The notes beneath the pieces are model-generated. The model worked only from the letters and a program-made list of their open reading frames with translations. It searched no databases and was not told the origin of the DNA. This document shows positions 28,058 to 37,500 of a stretch of 60,498 nucleotides of DNA, one piece after another; the first letter of the stretch is position 1; every line of letters begins with the position of its first letter. A program made the translations under genes and the position numbers. The stretch is from the UHGV virus genome UHGV-1361614; one strand, 5' to 3'. The stretch is from a virus.

Positions 28058-30345
28058 TCCTCCTGTGGCGAAACTGTTTTTCTAATCTTTGCAGTTCCAG
28101 AAAAAGCGCCATTAAAGGTTATTTCATGTTCGTAAATTCTGGCATTTATGCTACTATCTCTTTTAGTTTCCAAAGCAACAATATCTCCCGAGTCTATACG
28201 TGGTTCTCCGGCATAAGAAACAGAATAGTTGACACTGTTATAGTAATAATCACTTAACCAGTCCACCATATCTTGTGCGTGTTCTTCTGTGCTTATCAAT
28301 ACATTGTTTTTCCATGTTTTCACAACACCAACGCTGTTGATCCGTTTCGAGGTGACTTTTTCTGTCACAGAATAAGCCTTTCCATCCACGGAAATTTCAT
28401 GAAGTCCGGTCAATGAAGACGTGTCAACCGTAACGAAATAGCTACTGCTTTCAGTGATTGTAAGTTGCTGTCCATCAGCTGCGACAGTTACGTCATAAGA
28501 TGCTTCTGTAAAGTAAAAAGTATATGTATCATACTCTGTCACATCTATGCTTTCCTGAAAAATGTTTTTCACTTCATCCGTTTTGCCGTAAATATGGCGG
28601 ATCACATCCACCTGCATAACTTTTTCTTCTTGAGTTGCAACCGGGCTGGTTTTTACAACATCATAATTCATGCTATAGTCTGACATATCACCAAATAGCA
28701 CGTTATCAACCGTAATTCTAGCGTTTGGATGTCCCTTTGTAAATTCCAGAACAATTCTATCAAAATTGGATAATTCATCTGTAATATTACATTCAATATC
28801 AGGATCTGATACTATAATTTGTTGCATTTTCTCGCTTTGATAATAGGTTTTAATAACAAATTCTTCTGGGGCAACATTTCTGAACTTTATGGTAAATCCA
28901 AAAAATGTAGCAGCAGCCTCTAAATCAATTGTTATAACCGGATTTACGCCAAAATTTCCATCATTATCAGCTACAGCGCCGCTCACATATCCAATATTCG
29001 TTGAATAATCATCTTTATCTCTTGGAATAAAGTTAATGCTGCCATCTACAACCGAAAAATCGTTGCTTGCCATAGCATACGCTTCTTTTGCAGAACTAAT
29101 TAGCACATTTTTTTGCTCGCCAAATATCGTTGTATTTTCAAGTGTTGGAAATATTTCTGGTCCAGGATACAATGTGGTGTCTGGATACAACAAATTATCT
29201 TCATGTTCCGGTGTTGACATATCCGGAATAAATGACGCAAATATCTTCACAATCCCATGCCGATCTGCGCTCAAAATACATCTTCCGGCATTTGCTATAA
29301 TTTGCAGCGCCTCTGCATGGGTAACAACTGGTAACGGATTATAAACAATAATATCTTTCAGATACGGATCAATACTGTATTTATCCTCTTCAAGTCCCGC
29401 ATCCGTAAGCACATCTATTGCCAAGTCATATAGGTTTATTCCGCCCTCGTAGTATTGACCGCCATAATATGTTCCAGTTAACTTCCAATCAAACACATCA
29501 ACCATTGTGAATTTAGCTTCTGTATCCGTGGCACTCCATGTTTTTAAATAAGCAACAAATTCCGGTAACCATTCAATTGTGCCGCTTCCATCCACATCAT
29601 AGCCAAGCCTTGCTTTCAGCTCTTGCCCCTGTTCCAGATAAGATATGGCGCTTTCGTGGTTGCTAGGGTTATAGTATAAATTTTGGTTATCAACCGTAAG
29701 TGTCATATCCTGGCTTGGCAGCGACTCCGAAATCTCAGAAGCATATTCCTTGTAGGTAAAGTTCTTAACTTCTTTGTTTGAGAATGTATTTGAAATTCCA
29801 CAAATAAATTGATATATTCTCAGTCTTCCATTGCCATTCACCATCTTCAAAGGAGTAATGATCATGTAAGTAACAGCGTCAAACGTGTCCTCTGTTACAA
29901 ATATCTCTTTAGCGTTGCTGTAAGCCTTTTTACCGCCGTCATATTGCAACTCGAATAATTCTGGGTACATCTCCCCAAAATCGATTGTGACCCCCTTTAT
30001 GTCTGCCACGTTGCCATCAAAAGAAATATATATGCGGTCAAGTAGCTTTGCAGTCACAATTCCATTGTTGTAATAGTCAAGATCTGCATCTTCTGGCGGA
30101 AGAAAATACATGCTGCCATCAATTTTAGAGAAATCCTGTTCGCCAGTTGCATATATGTGGGATACCGTATTAGCCTTGAACGCTTCTTCCTGGTTTGAAA
30201 AATATGCAAAATCATTATTTTTTTCTTCTGCGACCACATTATCCTGTGCAACCGAACTAATAATACCAATTCTGGCAGTAATATATGCCCGGTTCCTATA
30301 CGGTTTTTTCATGGCGTTTTTATACGCTGCACTGGCTTTCTGCAT
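28054..30345 (-). CDS. large tail structural protein (putative baseplate or tail-tip protein)
   Basis: 763 aa; its position after the distal tail genes suggests a Tal/baseplate role. Confidence 0.55.
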   Translation of the reverse strand: MQKASAAYKNAMKKPYRNRAYITARIGIISSVAQDNVVAEEKNNDFAYFSNQEEAFKANTVSHIYATGEQDFSKIDGSMYFLPPEDADLDYYNNGIVTAKLLDRIYISFDGNVADIKGVTIDFGEMYPELFELQYDGGKKAYSNAKEIFVTEDTFDAVTYMIITPLKMVNGNGRLRIYQFICGISNTFSNKEVKNFTYKEYASEISESLPSQDMTLTVDNQNLYYNPSNHESAISYLEQGQELKARLGYDVDGSGTIEWLPEFVAYLKTWSATDTEAKFTMVDVFDWKLTGTYYGGQYYEGGINLYDLAIDVLTDAGLEEDKYSIDPYLKDIIVYNPLPVVTHAEALQIIANAGRCILSADRHGIVKIFASFIPDMSTPEHEDNLLYPDTTLYPGPEIFPTLENTTIFGEQKNVLISSAKEAYAMASNDFSVVDGSINFIPRDKDDYSTNIGYVSGAVADNDGNFGVNPVITIDLEAAATFFGFTIKFRNVAPEEFVIKTYYQSEKMQQIIVSDPDIECNITDELSNFDRIVLEFTKGHPNARITVDNVLFGDMSDYSMNYDVVKTSPVATQEEKVMQVDVIRHIYGKTDEVKNIFQESIDVTEYDTYTFYFTEASYDVTVAADGQQLTITESSSYFVTVDTSSLTGLHEISVDGKAYSVTEKVTSKRINSVGVVKTWKNNVLISTEEHAQDMVDWLSDYYYNSVNYSVSYAGEPRIDSGDIVALETKRDSSINARIYEHEITFNGAFSGTAKIRKTVSPQED

Positions 30346-30351
30346 TTATTA

Positions 30352-30765
30352 TCACTCCAGTCCTGCATCAATTAAATTGAATTTGCAGTTTTCATACTTG
30401 GTTACTATATGGCTATCCGGATCTGCGAACAACGGTTTGGCTTCTCTATCTCCGGGATACATGGTTACGGTTATTGGCTTCCCAGTCCTGTAATCCTCAA
30501 ATGTTACCGGAACATAAAATGGTTCAACTGCTCTCAACATCATCTGCCAGACTTCTGGTTCAAGCATGGCCCATTCAAGGTTATTCAGCTTATACAGATC
30601 TCTGCCCACTCGTTGACCTATGACGGCATTGTTAGCATTTCGTCCGGCATTAACAGTTGTTGTGATGATATAACTAAACCCAGCCTTGGGGCATGGAAAA
30701 TCATAACCATTCACATTCAAGAAAGCTGTTAGACCTGATCCAGTAACCCTCGTTGTCTGTGCCAT
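30352..30765 (-). CDS. tail protein
   Basis: Start chosen at MAQTTRV with a GGAGGTG RBS. Confidence 0.45.
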   Translation of the reverse strand: MAQTTRVTGSGLTAFLNVNGYDFPCPKAGFSYIITTTVNAGRNANNAVIGQRVGRDLYKLNNLEWAMLEPEVWQMMLRAVEPFYVPVTFEDYRTGKPITVTMYPGDREAKPLFADPDSHIVTKYENCKFNLIDAGLE

Positions 30766-30937
30766 TAAGTACACCTCCATTCGTTGGCAGTAATCTTTTT
30801 ATCCACCCACCCCCAAAAAAAGTAAAATCAGGGGACTTTTTCTTTTTAGATTATTACGTTAGTAATAATCTTTTTCTTTTTAATTTCTTATATTCTTTCA
30901 TTCTTACATTCTTTATATTCTTACATTCTTGTTTTGT

Positions 30938-31033
30938 GGTCCGTCTGGTAGTTCGCTTGGTGGTTCATCCGGTAGTCCGTTAGGTGGTTCACTAGGTAGT
31001 TCACTAGGTGGTTCGTTGGGTGGTTCAATATTT
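30938..31033 (-). repeat. 12-bp tandem repeat array (GAACCACCNANN x8), locus 1
   Basis: Minus strand reads GAACCACCCAAC GAACCACCTAGT GAACTACCTAGT GAACCACCTAAC GGACTACCGGAT GAACCACCAAGC GAACTACCAGAC GGACCAC; a homologous array lies in the opposite orientation at 59.5-59.7 kb. Confidence 0.7.
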
Positions 31034-31211
31034 TTTCAAAAAGTCCGCAAACCGTTGATTTTACTAGCTTTTTCGGCTATAAATATCAGTTCGCCAGTTG
31101 GTTCACATACCTAACACTACTTGAACACCAAAGTGAACACCAACCACACACCAAAACGATCACTCAACAATCACGTTTTTGGGTACATTTTGTCGGTTAG
31201 AATGGGCTGAT

Positions 31212-31886
31212 TTAAAGCTCATAATCTGGATAAACAGCTTCCCAAACATCTTTATGATAAGCATTAATCGACCCATAATTAGCGTCGAAGATCTTCTTGA
31301 CTTCGTACCCCATACGTTCCCCAGCCTCTTTTAGCCTTCTCCATTTGAATGTTTTCCAAGAAACATTATTCAGTGCTGCTACTCGCTTGATAGAGTACCA
31401 ATCTTTGCTTGTATCAAGCTGTGCCCGTAGCTCTGCTTCCCGATCCAGGCTTTCCAAAAGCTGTGCGATAGCGTCCCGGTAAGACATCGGCATATTCATC
31501 TTATCGTCTTTCTTCTGGAAGTAATTGTCAACTAGGCGGTCATACACTTCCCACGCCTGATCCGTGTTCAGGGACTTAGCGTGAAGAAAAGCACCTTTTT
31601 CTGTCCAGAGGTAAATTGTTTTTGCATTTTTCAGACCGTCGTGATTTTCCAGACGGTTTACAAATAAGGCCTTTTCTTCGTTTTCAAGTTTTATAAAATG
31701 TTTTCCTTCTACAAAACGATCAATATTGTGGTTAAAATTGTACGAGATTGTTTTTCTGTCCGTTCCATATGCTTCTGCAATCTGCTGTGTTGTCAATACT
31801 CTCTGGCATCTGTACTCTGTTACTTTTAATCCTTCCATCCAATTATCTCCTTTTATTTTTAAGCAACAAAAACGCCCACCAGACAT
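31212..31886 (-). CDS. antirepressor-like protein (ORF6N/KilA-N-type N-terminus, Ant-type C-terminus)
   Basis: 224 aa. Confidence 0.6.
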   Translation of the reverse strand: MSGGRFCCLKIKGDNWMEGLKVTEYRCQRVLTTQQIAEAYGTDRKTISYNFNHNIDRFVEGKHFIKLENEEKALFVNRLENHDGLKNAKTIYLWTEKGAFLHAKSLNTDQAWEVYDRLVDNYFQKKDDKMNMPMSYRDAIAQLLESLDREAELRAQLDTSKDWYSIKRVAALNNVSWKTFKWRRLKEAGERMGYEVKKIFDANYGSINAYHKDVWEAVYPDYEL

Positions 31887-32071
31887 AGATTTTCTACATC
31901 TAGTGAGCGTGTTTCTTAAACTGTTTTTGCCGTCCTTACTCAGTTCGTCCTATCCTTTAAGCCTTGTTTTTCCCGCAACGGCTATTGGGCAAAGCTGATG
32001 GATTTGGCTAAATTTTACCCTTTTATTATACCTGTTTTGGAATGGAATATCAAGGTTTATAACGTATTTGA

Positions 32072-32788
32072 TTACCTACCAAAATATGATCTGTCAAGCT
32101 CTTCTAACCGGTCAAGATAACTGTCTGCCAATTTTCCAAGGTCTGTGAAGTGCTCAACAAGGTCAAGTGGATGATATGGAGCATGGCCAACTTCTTTTTT
32201 GTAAATTTCATTTGCCTTGTCCAAGTCATACTCTTCGCCAATTTTTAGCATAATGTTGTAATGCAGTTGAGACAACGGAGCATTGGCATTGTTGCAAATC
32301 CTGTACATCCTCCGCTGATTTCTAGCATACCAGCTAGGATTTTTCGGTATAGGTGTATTGCTTGGCTGGCAAACTGAAGATTGCTCCAAAGTTGCTGGTT
32401 TTGCTTTTGCCCGAAAGTATGTGTTCACCAACTCTCTCTGGACTTTCCAAGATAAATCATCTGTAAAGGTTTTGACTATCATCAGATAGCCGCTTTCTGT
32501 AAGCAAATAAGTTATAAGGCTTGGATTTCCCTTAATTATTTCATTAGGGGAATATCGTTCCCCTAATTCTTTTCTTGTCATTTCAAAGTAATCCTCACCC
32601 AAAATAAAATGCTTTTTATGCTTTTGAAAAGATTTCTTTGCGGTATCTGTTTGTTTTCCGTGTACTCTGTCAATGTCTTTTAGTGTCACAACCCTCTGCC
32701 CGTTGTACTCTCTCACTGGCATTTCAGTATTTTCAATGGTAATGACTTCTTTCATTTTTTCACTCAATCGTCTGCTGGATAGTTCCAT
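32072..32788 (-). CDS. ORF6N/Bro-N-like DNA-binding domain protein
   Basis: 238 aa; N-terminal VVTLKDIDRVHGKQTDTAKKSFQKHKKHFILGEDYF pattern. Confidence 0.55.
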   Translation of the reverse strand: MELSSRRLSEKMKEVITIENTEMPVREYNGQRVVTLKDIDRVHGKQTDTAKKSFQKHKKHFILGEDYFEMTRKELGERYSPNEIIKGNPSLITYLLTESGYLMIVKTFTDDLSWKVQRELVNTYFRAKAKPATLEQSSVCQPSNTPIPKNPSWYARNQRRMYRICNNANAPLSQLHYNIMLKIGEEYDLDKANEIYKKEVGHAPYHPLDLVEHFTDLGKLADSYLDRLEELDRSYFGR

Positions 32789-33008
32789 TTGTCACTCCAA
32801 TAGCAAGCTCCATGCCAGTAACACCGGCATAGGTAACTGCATCGCCATAGCAATCTGTAAGGAGCATATCAAGCTCATCACAAAACTGTGCGCTCATTCT
32901 TTCTCTAACATACTCCATGACTGGGTCAAACATTTTCTCTATCTTCCACCCAATATCTTCATTGTTTCTAAGATAATTTGTAAATGATAACTCGTAAAAT
33001 TTGTTCAT
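32760..33008 (-). CDS. hypothetical protein (83 aa)
   Basis: Start moved to the internal ATG MNKFYELS, which has an AGGAGG RBS. Confidence 0.4.
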   Translation of the reverse strand: MNKFYELSFTNYLRNNEDIGWKIEKMFDPVMEYVRERMSAQFCDELDMLLTDCYGDAVTYAGVTGMELAIGVTNGTIQQTIE

Positions 33009-33128
33009 AAAAAACCTCCTGTAAAATATTGATTTTCCACAAGAGGTATGATACATTATTAGTGCATATCCCCTTGTGGATGTGGCTTGATAAAAGTAAT
33101 CGTCTCTCGCCAAAGTGACCGGTTACTT

Positions 33129-33305
33129 TTATTTTTTTAGTTTGGCGTAGACTTCCCTAATGCCCTCACGGATAATATCGGCTTTTGTCCTTCCGGTAGC
33201 CTTACAACAATATTCAAGAATTTCAACATCTTCATCTGACATTCGTATTCTTGTTTCATGATGTTTAGGGTCATCAGTAGGTCTGCCTGTTCTTGGCGAC
33301 AACAT
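33129..33305 (-). CDS. ribbon-helix-helix (CopG/Arc-like) DNA-binding protein
   Basis: Start at MLSPRTG with a GGGAG RBS; RIRMSDEDVEILEYCCKATGRTKADIIREGI is an RHH pattern. Confidence 0.55.
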   Translation of the reverse strand: MLSPRTGRPTDDPKHHETRIRMSDEDVEILEYCCKATGRTKADIIREGIREVYAKLKK

Positions 33306-33422
33306 ATCAACTCCCTTCTTTTTTGGTGACACATATATAATAATATATGGTGATACATAAGTCAATACCCAAAATAAAAAAATCAGGGAAGTTTTTCGCT
33401 TCCCTGATAATTCGTACCAATA

Positions 33423-33776
33423 TTAAACTTTCCATGTGTGACCGCAGTTCTGGCATGTGGCTCTGGTTTCAAGAATAGATTTTTCTTTTCCCTGAGTTTT
33501 TCCAACACCTACTTTATCACCTCTAAGAGTTCCAAAAAGTAATTTCCACAACCAGCCCATACACCCAAAATAATAAATAAAGTCAATAACCCAGCCAAAG
33601 CAAAGCCAATATAAACAGCCCTTTTTCCTAGGCTCTCTCATAACGATTTTCCCGGTAGATGTGCTACCAGTCTGTACATTCTGAACAAAAACATCTTCGC
33701 TTCCACATTTAGGACACTTCATAAAATCCAACCCCCTGTTTAATATTTGTGGATATTGTACCACATAAAGGGGCAA
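33423..33776 (-). CDS. zinc-ribbon membrane protein
   Basis: CPKCGSE at the N-terminus, a hydrophobic core, CQNCGH at the C-terminus. Confidence 0.45.
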   Translation of the reverse strand: MPLYVVQYPQILNRGLDFMKCPKCGSEDVFVQNVQTGSTSTGKIVMREPRKKGCLYWLCFGWVIDFIYYFGCMGWLWKLLFGTLRGDKVGVGKTQGKEKSILETRATCQNCGHTWKV

Positions 33777-33799
33777 AAGAAAAGAGGCTCTGTGGCCTC

Positions 33800-34465
33800 T
33801 TATGCTGTCAGATATGCAATATCTGCAAATCTCTCCAATCTGTCTTTGCAGTCCTTGTAAATATCTTTATATAGCATATTCATTGACATGTCAATTCTAA
33901 TTGTCTGTAAAATGATGCTTTCAACTAACGTCAGGTTATTCAGGTCGGTAACCGATGCAGCGTCCCGGTTTCCCCCAACAATTGACTTAGCCAGCTTCGT
34001 ATATGTGAGATACAGTTTATCAGAATGCGTACTGCCCTGTTCTTTCGCATAATCAACAAGCATCTTGATCACATCAGTTTCTTTCAGCCGGTTTTCTTTA
34101 TTGGCAAGTCTGGTGTCGTTCCACTGCTTTGACTGTTTTTCGCGAATAAATTCTCTCATTCTGATAAACTCGCTTGCCAGTCTTGCTTTGAAATTTACTA
34201 CCGCGCCATCTACGCCATCATTTCTCAAAAGCGTCATCAGAAACATTGCCTGCCCCTCATTTAAAAAGTATATTTTTTCTTTTTGACCGTTTTTTGAAGG
34301 CTCCGTTTTAAACGTAACCTTTCCGATCATAGGTGTTTTTTCAAACACTTCCTCATACTTCTGTATAATTTCTCTTACATTTTTGTGCTGATTTCCAGTT
34401 CCTTCCGCAATCATCTTGCTGTTTGTAAATACATCATTCCCTTTGAGTTCAACCAATTCATACAT
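33800..34465 (-). CDS. Rha-family phage regulatory protein
   Basis: N-terminal ELVELKGNDVFTNSKMIAEGTGNQHKNVREII is the Rha/ORF6N-like signature. Confidence 0.65.
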   Translation of the reverse strand: MYELVELKGNDVFTNSKMIAEGTGNQHKNVREIIQKYEEVFEKTPMIGKVTFKTEPSKNGQKEKIYFLNEGQAMFLMTLLRNDGVDGAVVNFKARLASEFIRMREFIREKQSKQWNDTRLANKENRLKETDVIKMLVDYAKEQGSTHSDKLYLTYTKLAKSIVGGNRDAASVTDLNNLTLVESIILQTIRIDMSMNMLYKDIYKDCKDRLERFADIAYLTA

Positions 34466-34555
34466 ACTGATACCGCCTTTCTTGAACTACTGCTTGTGCA
34501 GGTAGGTTATTTTGTATCAGTATTATGGACATGTACTTCATCAATGGAACTGAGC

Positions 34556-37500
34556 TTAAGTAAAGCTAAAACCATTTCTACTAATTCGACTATTCACACC
34601 ACTAACAAGTTCTCTGCCATCAAGGCTAATAGACATATTCTTTTCAGCAGTTTCCTTGGTGTTGTCTGCAATCTGTGACAGGTACGGAGCTAAGACATCT
34701 ACAACCGCTGCTTTTACTCCGGCAGTAATTCCAGCTACAATCTGCTCATTATTTGCTACTGCGGTCTTGCCATTGGAGAATTGACCAACCATTTCATTGT
34801 GATTTGCAAAAAACAGACCATCTTCTGGAAACCCACCTACAGAGTATTTCGGAATGTCAACATGAGCTATTGATCTAAAAGATACATGTGAAATGGTATC
34901 TTCTTCCATTTCTTTTGCCGCCTCATTGTAATCGCTAATCAAGTCATTCATGGATTCTGCGATTCGGGAAAGTCCAGTATTGAATACATCAATCATACCA
35001 TTGACTAAATCTCCAACCTCTTTCACAATGCCCTTAAATCCGGAATAGATACCGTCCTTCATATTGGTTCCAAATGGTTCCCACTTTTCCTTTGTGAACC
35101 AGGTAGACACATTGTTGGTAAACCAATTGTTGATATTAGTGTTCCACTGGGTTTCAAATTCAGCCCATTTATCCAGAAGTGCAGTTTTGAAGTGATCGCC
35201 CTGTTCCTTCCACTTTTCAACGGTAAACCATGTTTTTACGTTAGTATTCCACCACGTATTAGTCTTTGTTTTCCACTGAGATACAAATTCATCCCACTTG
35301 GCAATAAGACCTGTTTTCATTCCGTCCGTTGTAGTTTTCCATTTTTCGGTGGTAAACCACGGAGAAACATTTGCACTAAAAAATGTTGGCATTGCTGTTC
35401 CAGACCACCATACAGCAGCTTGGTTCCATGCATTCATTAACGATGTCTCAAGATTGCCAAAAATAGGATCCAGTGCCGTAGTAGTAAAACTTGACGCAAG
35501 ACCAGATACAGCAGTAGTACCAATCGTGCTAAACTGCGACTCACTAAGGGTATCAGAAATAGTATTGTATACGTCAGTAGCAAATGTGCTAATTGTATCA
35601 ATACCGTTACTGCTCTCAAATGGCTTGATTAAACCATCCAGCATACCTTGCCCAATCTCTTTCCATTTGGATTCAGAGAATATGTCATAAACATCATTTA
35701 TAGTACCGGAAATACCATTTTGCAGTCCTTCAATGAGATAAACACCATTCTCATCCATGACAGTAGACGGGGAATGGATACCAAGGATGTCCTTAAATTT
35801 ATCAATGACACTTTGAGCTACCGTACCAACACTCTCTTTGATATTATTCCAACCGTCTTTGATACCATTAATCAAGCCTTCCATGAGGTACCCACCCATG
35901 TCAGCCATAACCGTAGACGGAGAATGGATACCAAACGCCGCCTTAAATCCGTCAATAAACGGAGTGAAAATATTATCAATTATCCATTGACCTACAGATT
36001 TTAAAGCATCTACAATACCATTGTATAATCCCTGAATAATATTTCCACCGGCAGCCTGAATGTAAGTATCAAAATATGCTATAGTCGCATTAAATCCAGC
36101 AACCAATTGATTCCATACAGCTTGTCCAACACCTGCGGCCAAGGCAAATGATGCACCAATAGCAGCGCCTAAATATGTATACGCACTGCTTACAAGACCA
36201 GCATAATCAATAGTGGTTACAATCTTAATTAATTCGTTTACTATACTAATTCCAATTTGCTGCCAGTTAACCGAAGTAATTGCATCGGCTAAAAATCCAT
36301 ATAACCCCTCTACAATCAGCACTGCGGAGCTCACTAATCTCTCTGCCAGGCCTTCCCAGTCAATACCTACAAGAAAATCCATGACTCCTTCGCCAAAAGC
36401 TCCCCAGTCTGTTTCGTCAAGAAGCGCAATCAAAGTATCAAGCAAACCTGTGACAACAGAACTAAGACTAGATGCGGCTCCAGACCAGCTAAAAGTTGAT
36501 GCAAATGTATTTAAACTAAGCGCAAGACCACTTCCAAAATTAGTCCAGTCAAATGTTGTTGCAGCATTCTCTAATACCGTAAACGCCGCATTTAATCCAT
36601 TAGCGAACATTTGTCCAAGCTCATCCCATTGAACGGAGTTGACAATCCCATTGAGGCCTTCACCGATAAATTTTCCAATAGAGTCCCAATGCGTAACATC
36701 CAAAAGAGTATTTGCAAAATCTACAGCTGTGTTGACTGCTTGTCCAATCGTAGTACCAATTGATGTTGCCAAACCTTCTGTTTCAACAAAACCATTTATG
36801 AATGTTCCGATACTAGATGCAATCTTTCTTGCAGACTCTTGGATACCGTCCCAAGGGATAGAGTCCAGTCCGTTTTTGAGCCAAGTGCCAACAGCAGAAC
36901 CCAGCTCTGTAAAATCGCCAGCATTCCACATGGCTTTGATTTTATCAGCCCATTCCTTGTACTTGCTGTCAATATCTTGCGTCTCAAACATATCAGCAGC
37001 GCTTGCGCCGCCACCGCTGCCACCAGATCCGCCATTTTTGTTTTGGTCTACGACATTCAGTTCGTCAATTCCAAGCGTGTGGGTTTTAAGGTCATCCGCA
37101 GCCTTGCTAGCTCCGCCCAGGCTTTTAGCATAGTCCTGAGTTTGCTTTGTTGCTTTAATCCATGTACCGTGACCTGTAAGTGCAGAAAATAGCTGATTAA
37201 CAGCATTTGCCGCATTAATACACATCTGAATGATAGTATTTAACGCCGGAGCAAGTGCATTGAGAATTGGAGCTCCTGCTGCTGCCACAGAGTTTTTCAA
37301 CTGGTTCGTGGAGTTCATCAGCAATGACATGCTGGTGTTGGTTTCGTTGCTGTACTTGACCAGATTTTGCATGCCGTCTGTAAAGGCTTTTCTAAGTTTA
37401 TTGACCAATGCAAATAAAGTTCTTACACCAATTGCATATCTCAGTATCGTTCCCAGGTTTTTTAATAATGAATTATGAGTACCTTTGCTTGCACCGGTAA

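Noticed and set aside
30929-31114. 61-aa plus-strand ORF (GGSLG repeats), and the idea that the 12-bp repeats form a CRISPR array
   Set aside because: The ORF is just the repeat array read in frame, with no RBS. The repeats are contiguous 12-bp units with no spacers, so it is not a CRISPR array.
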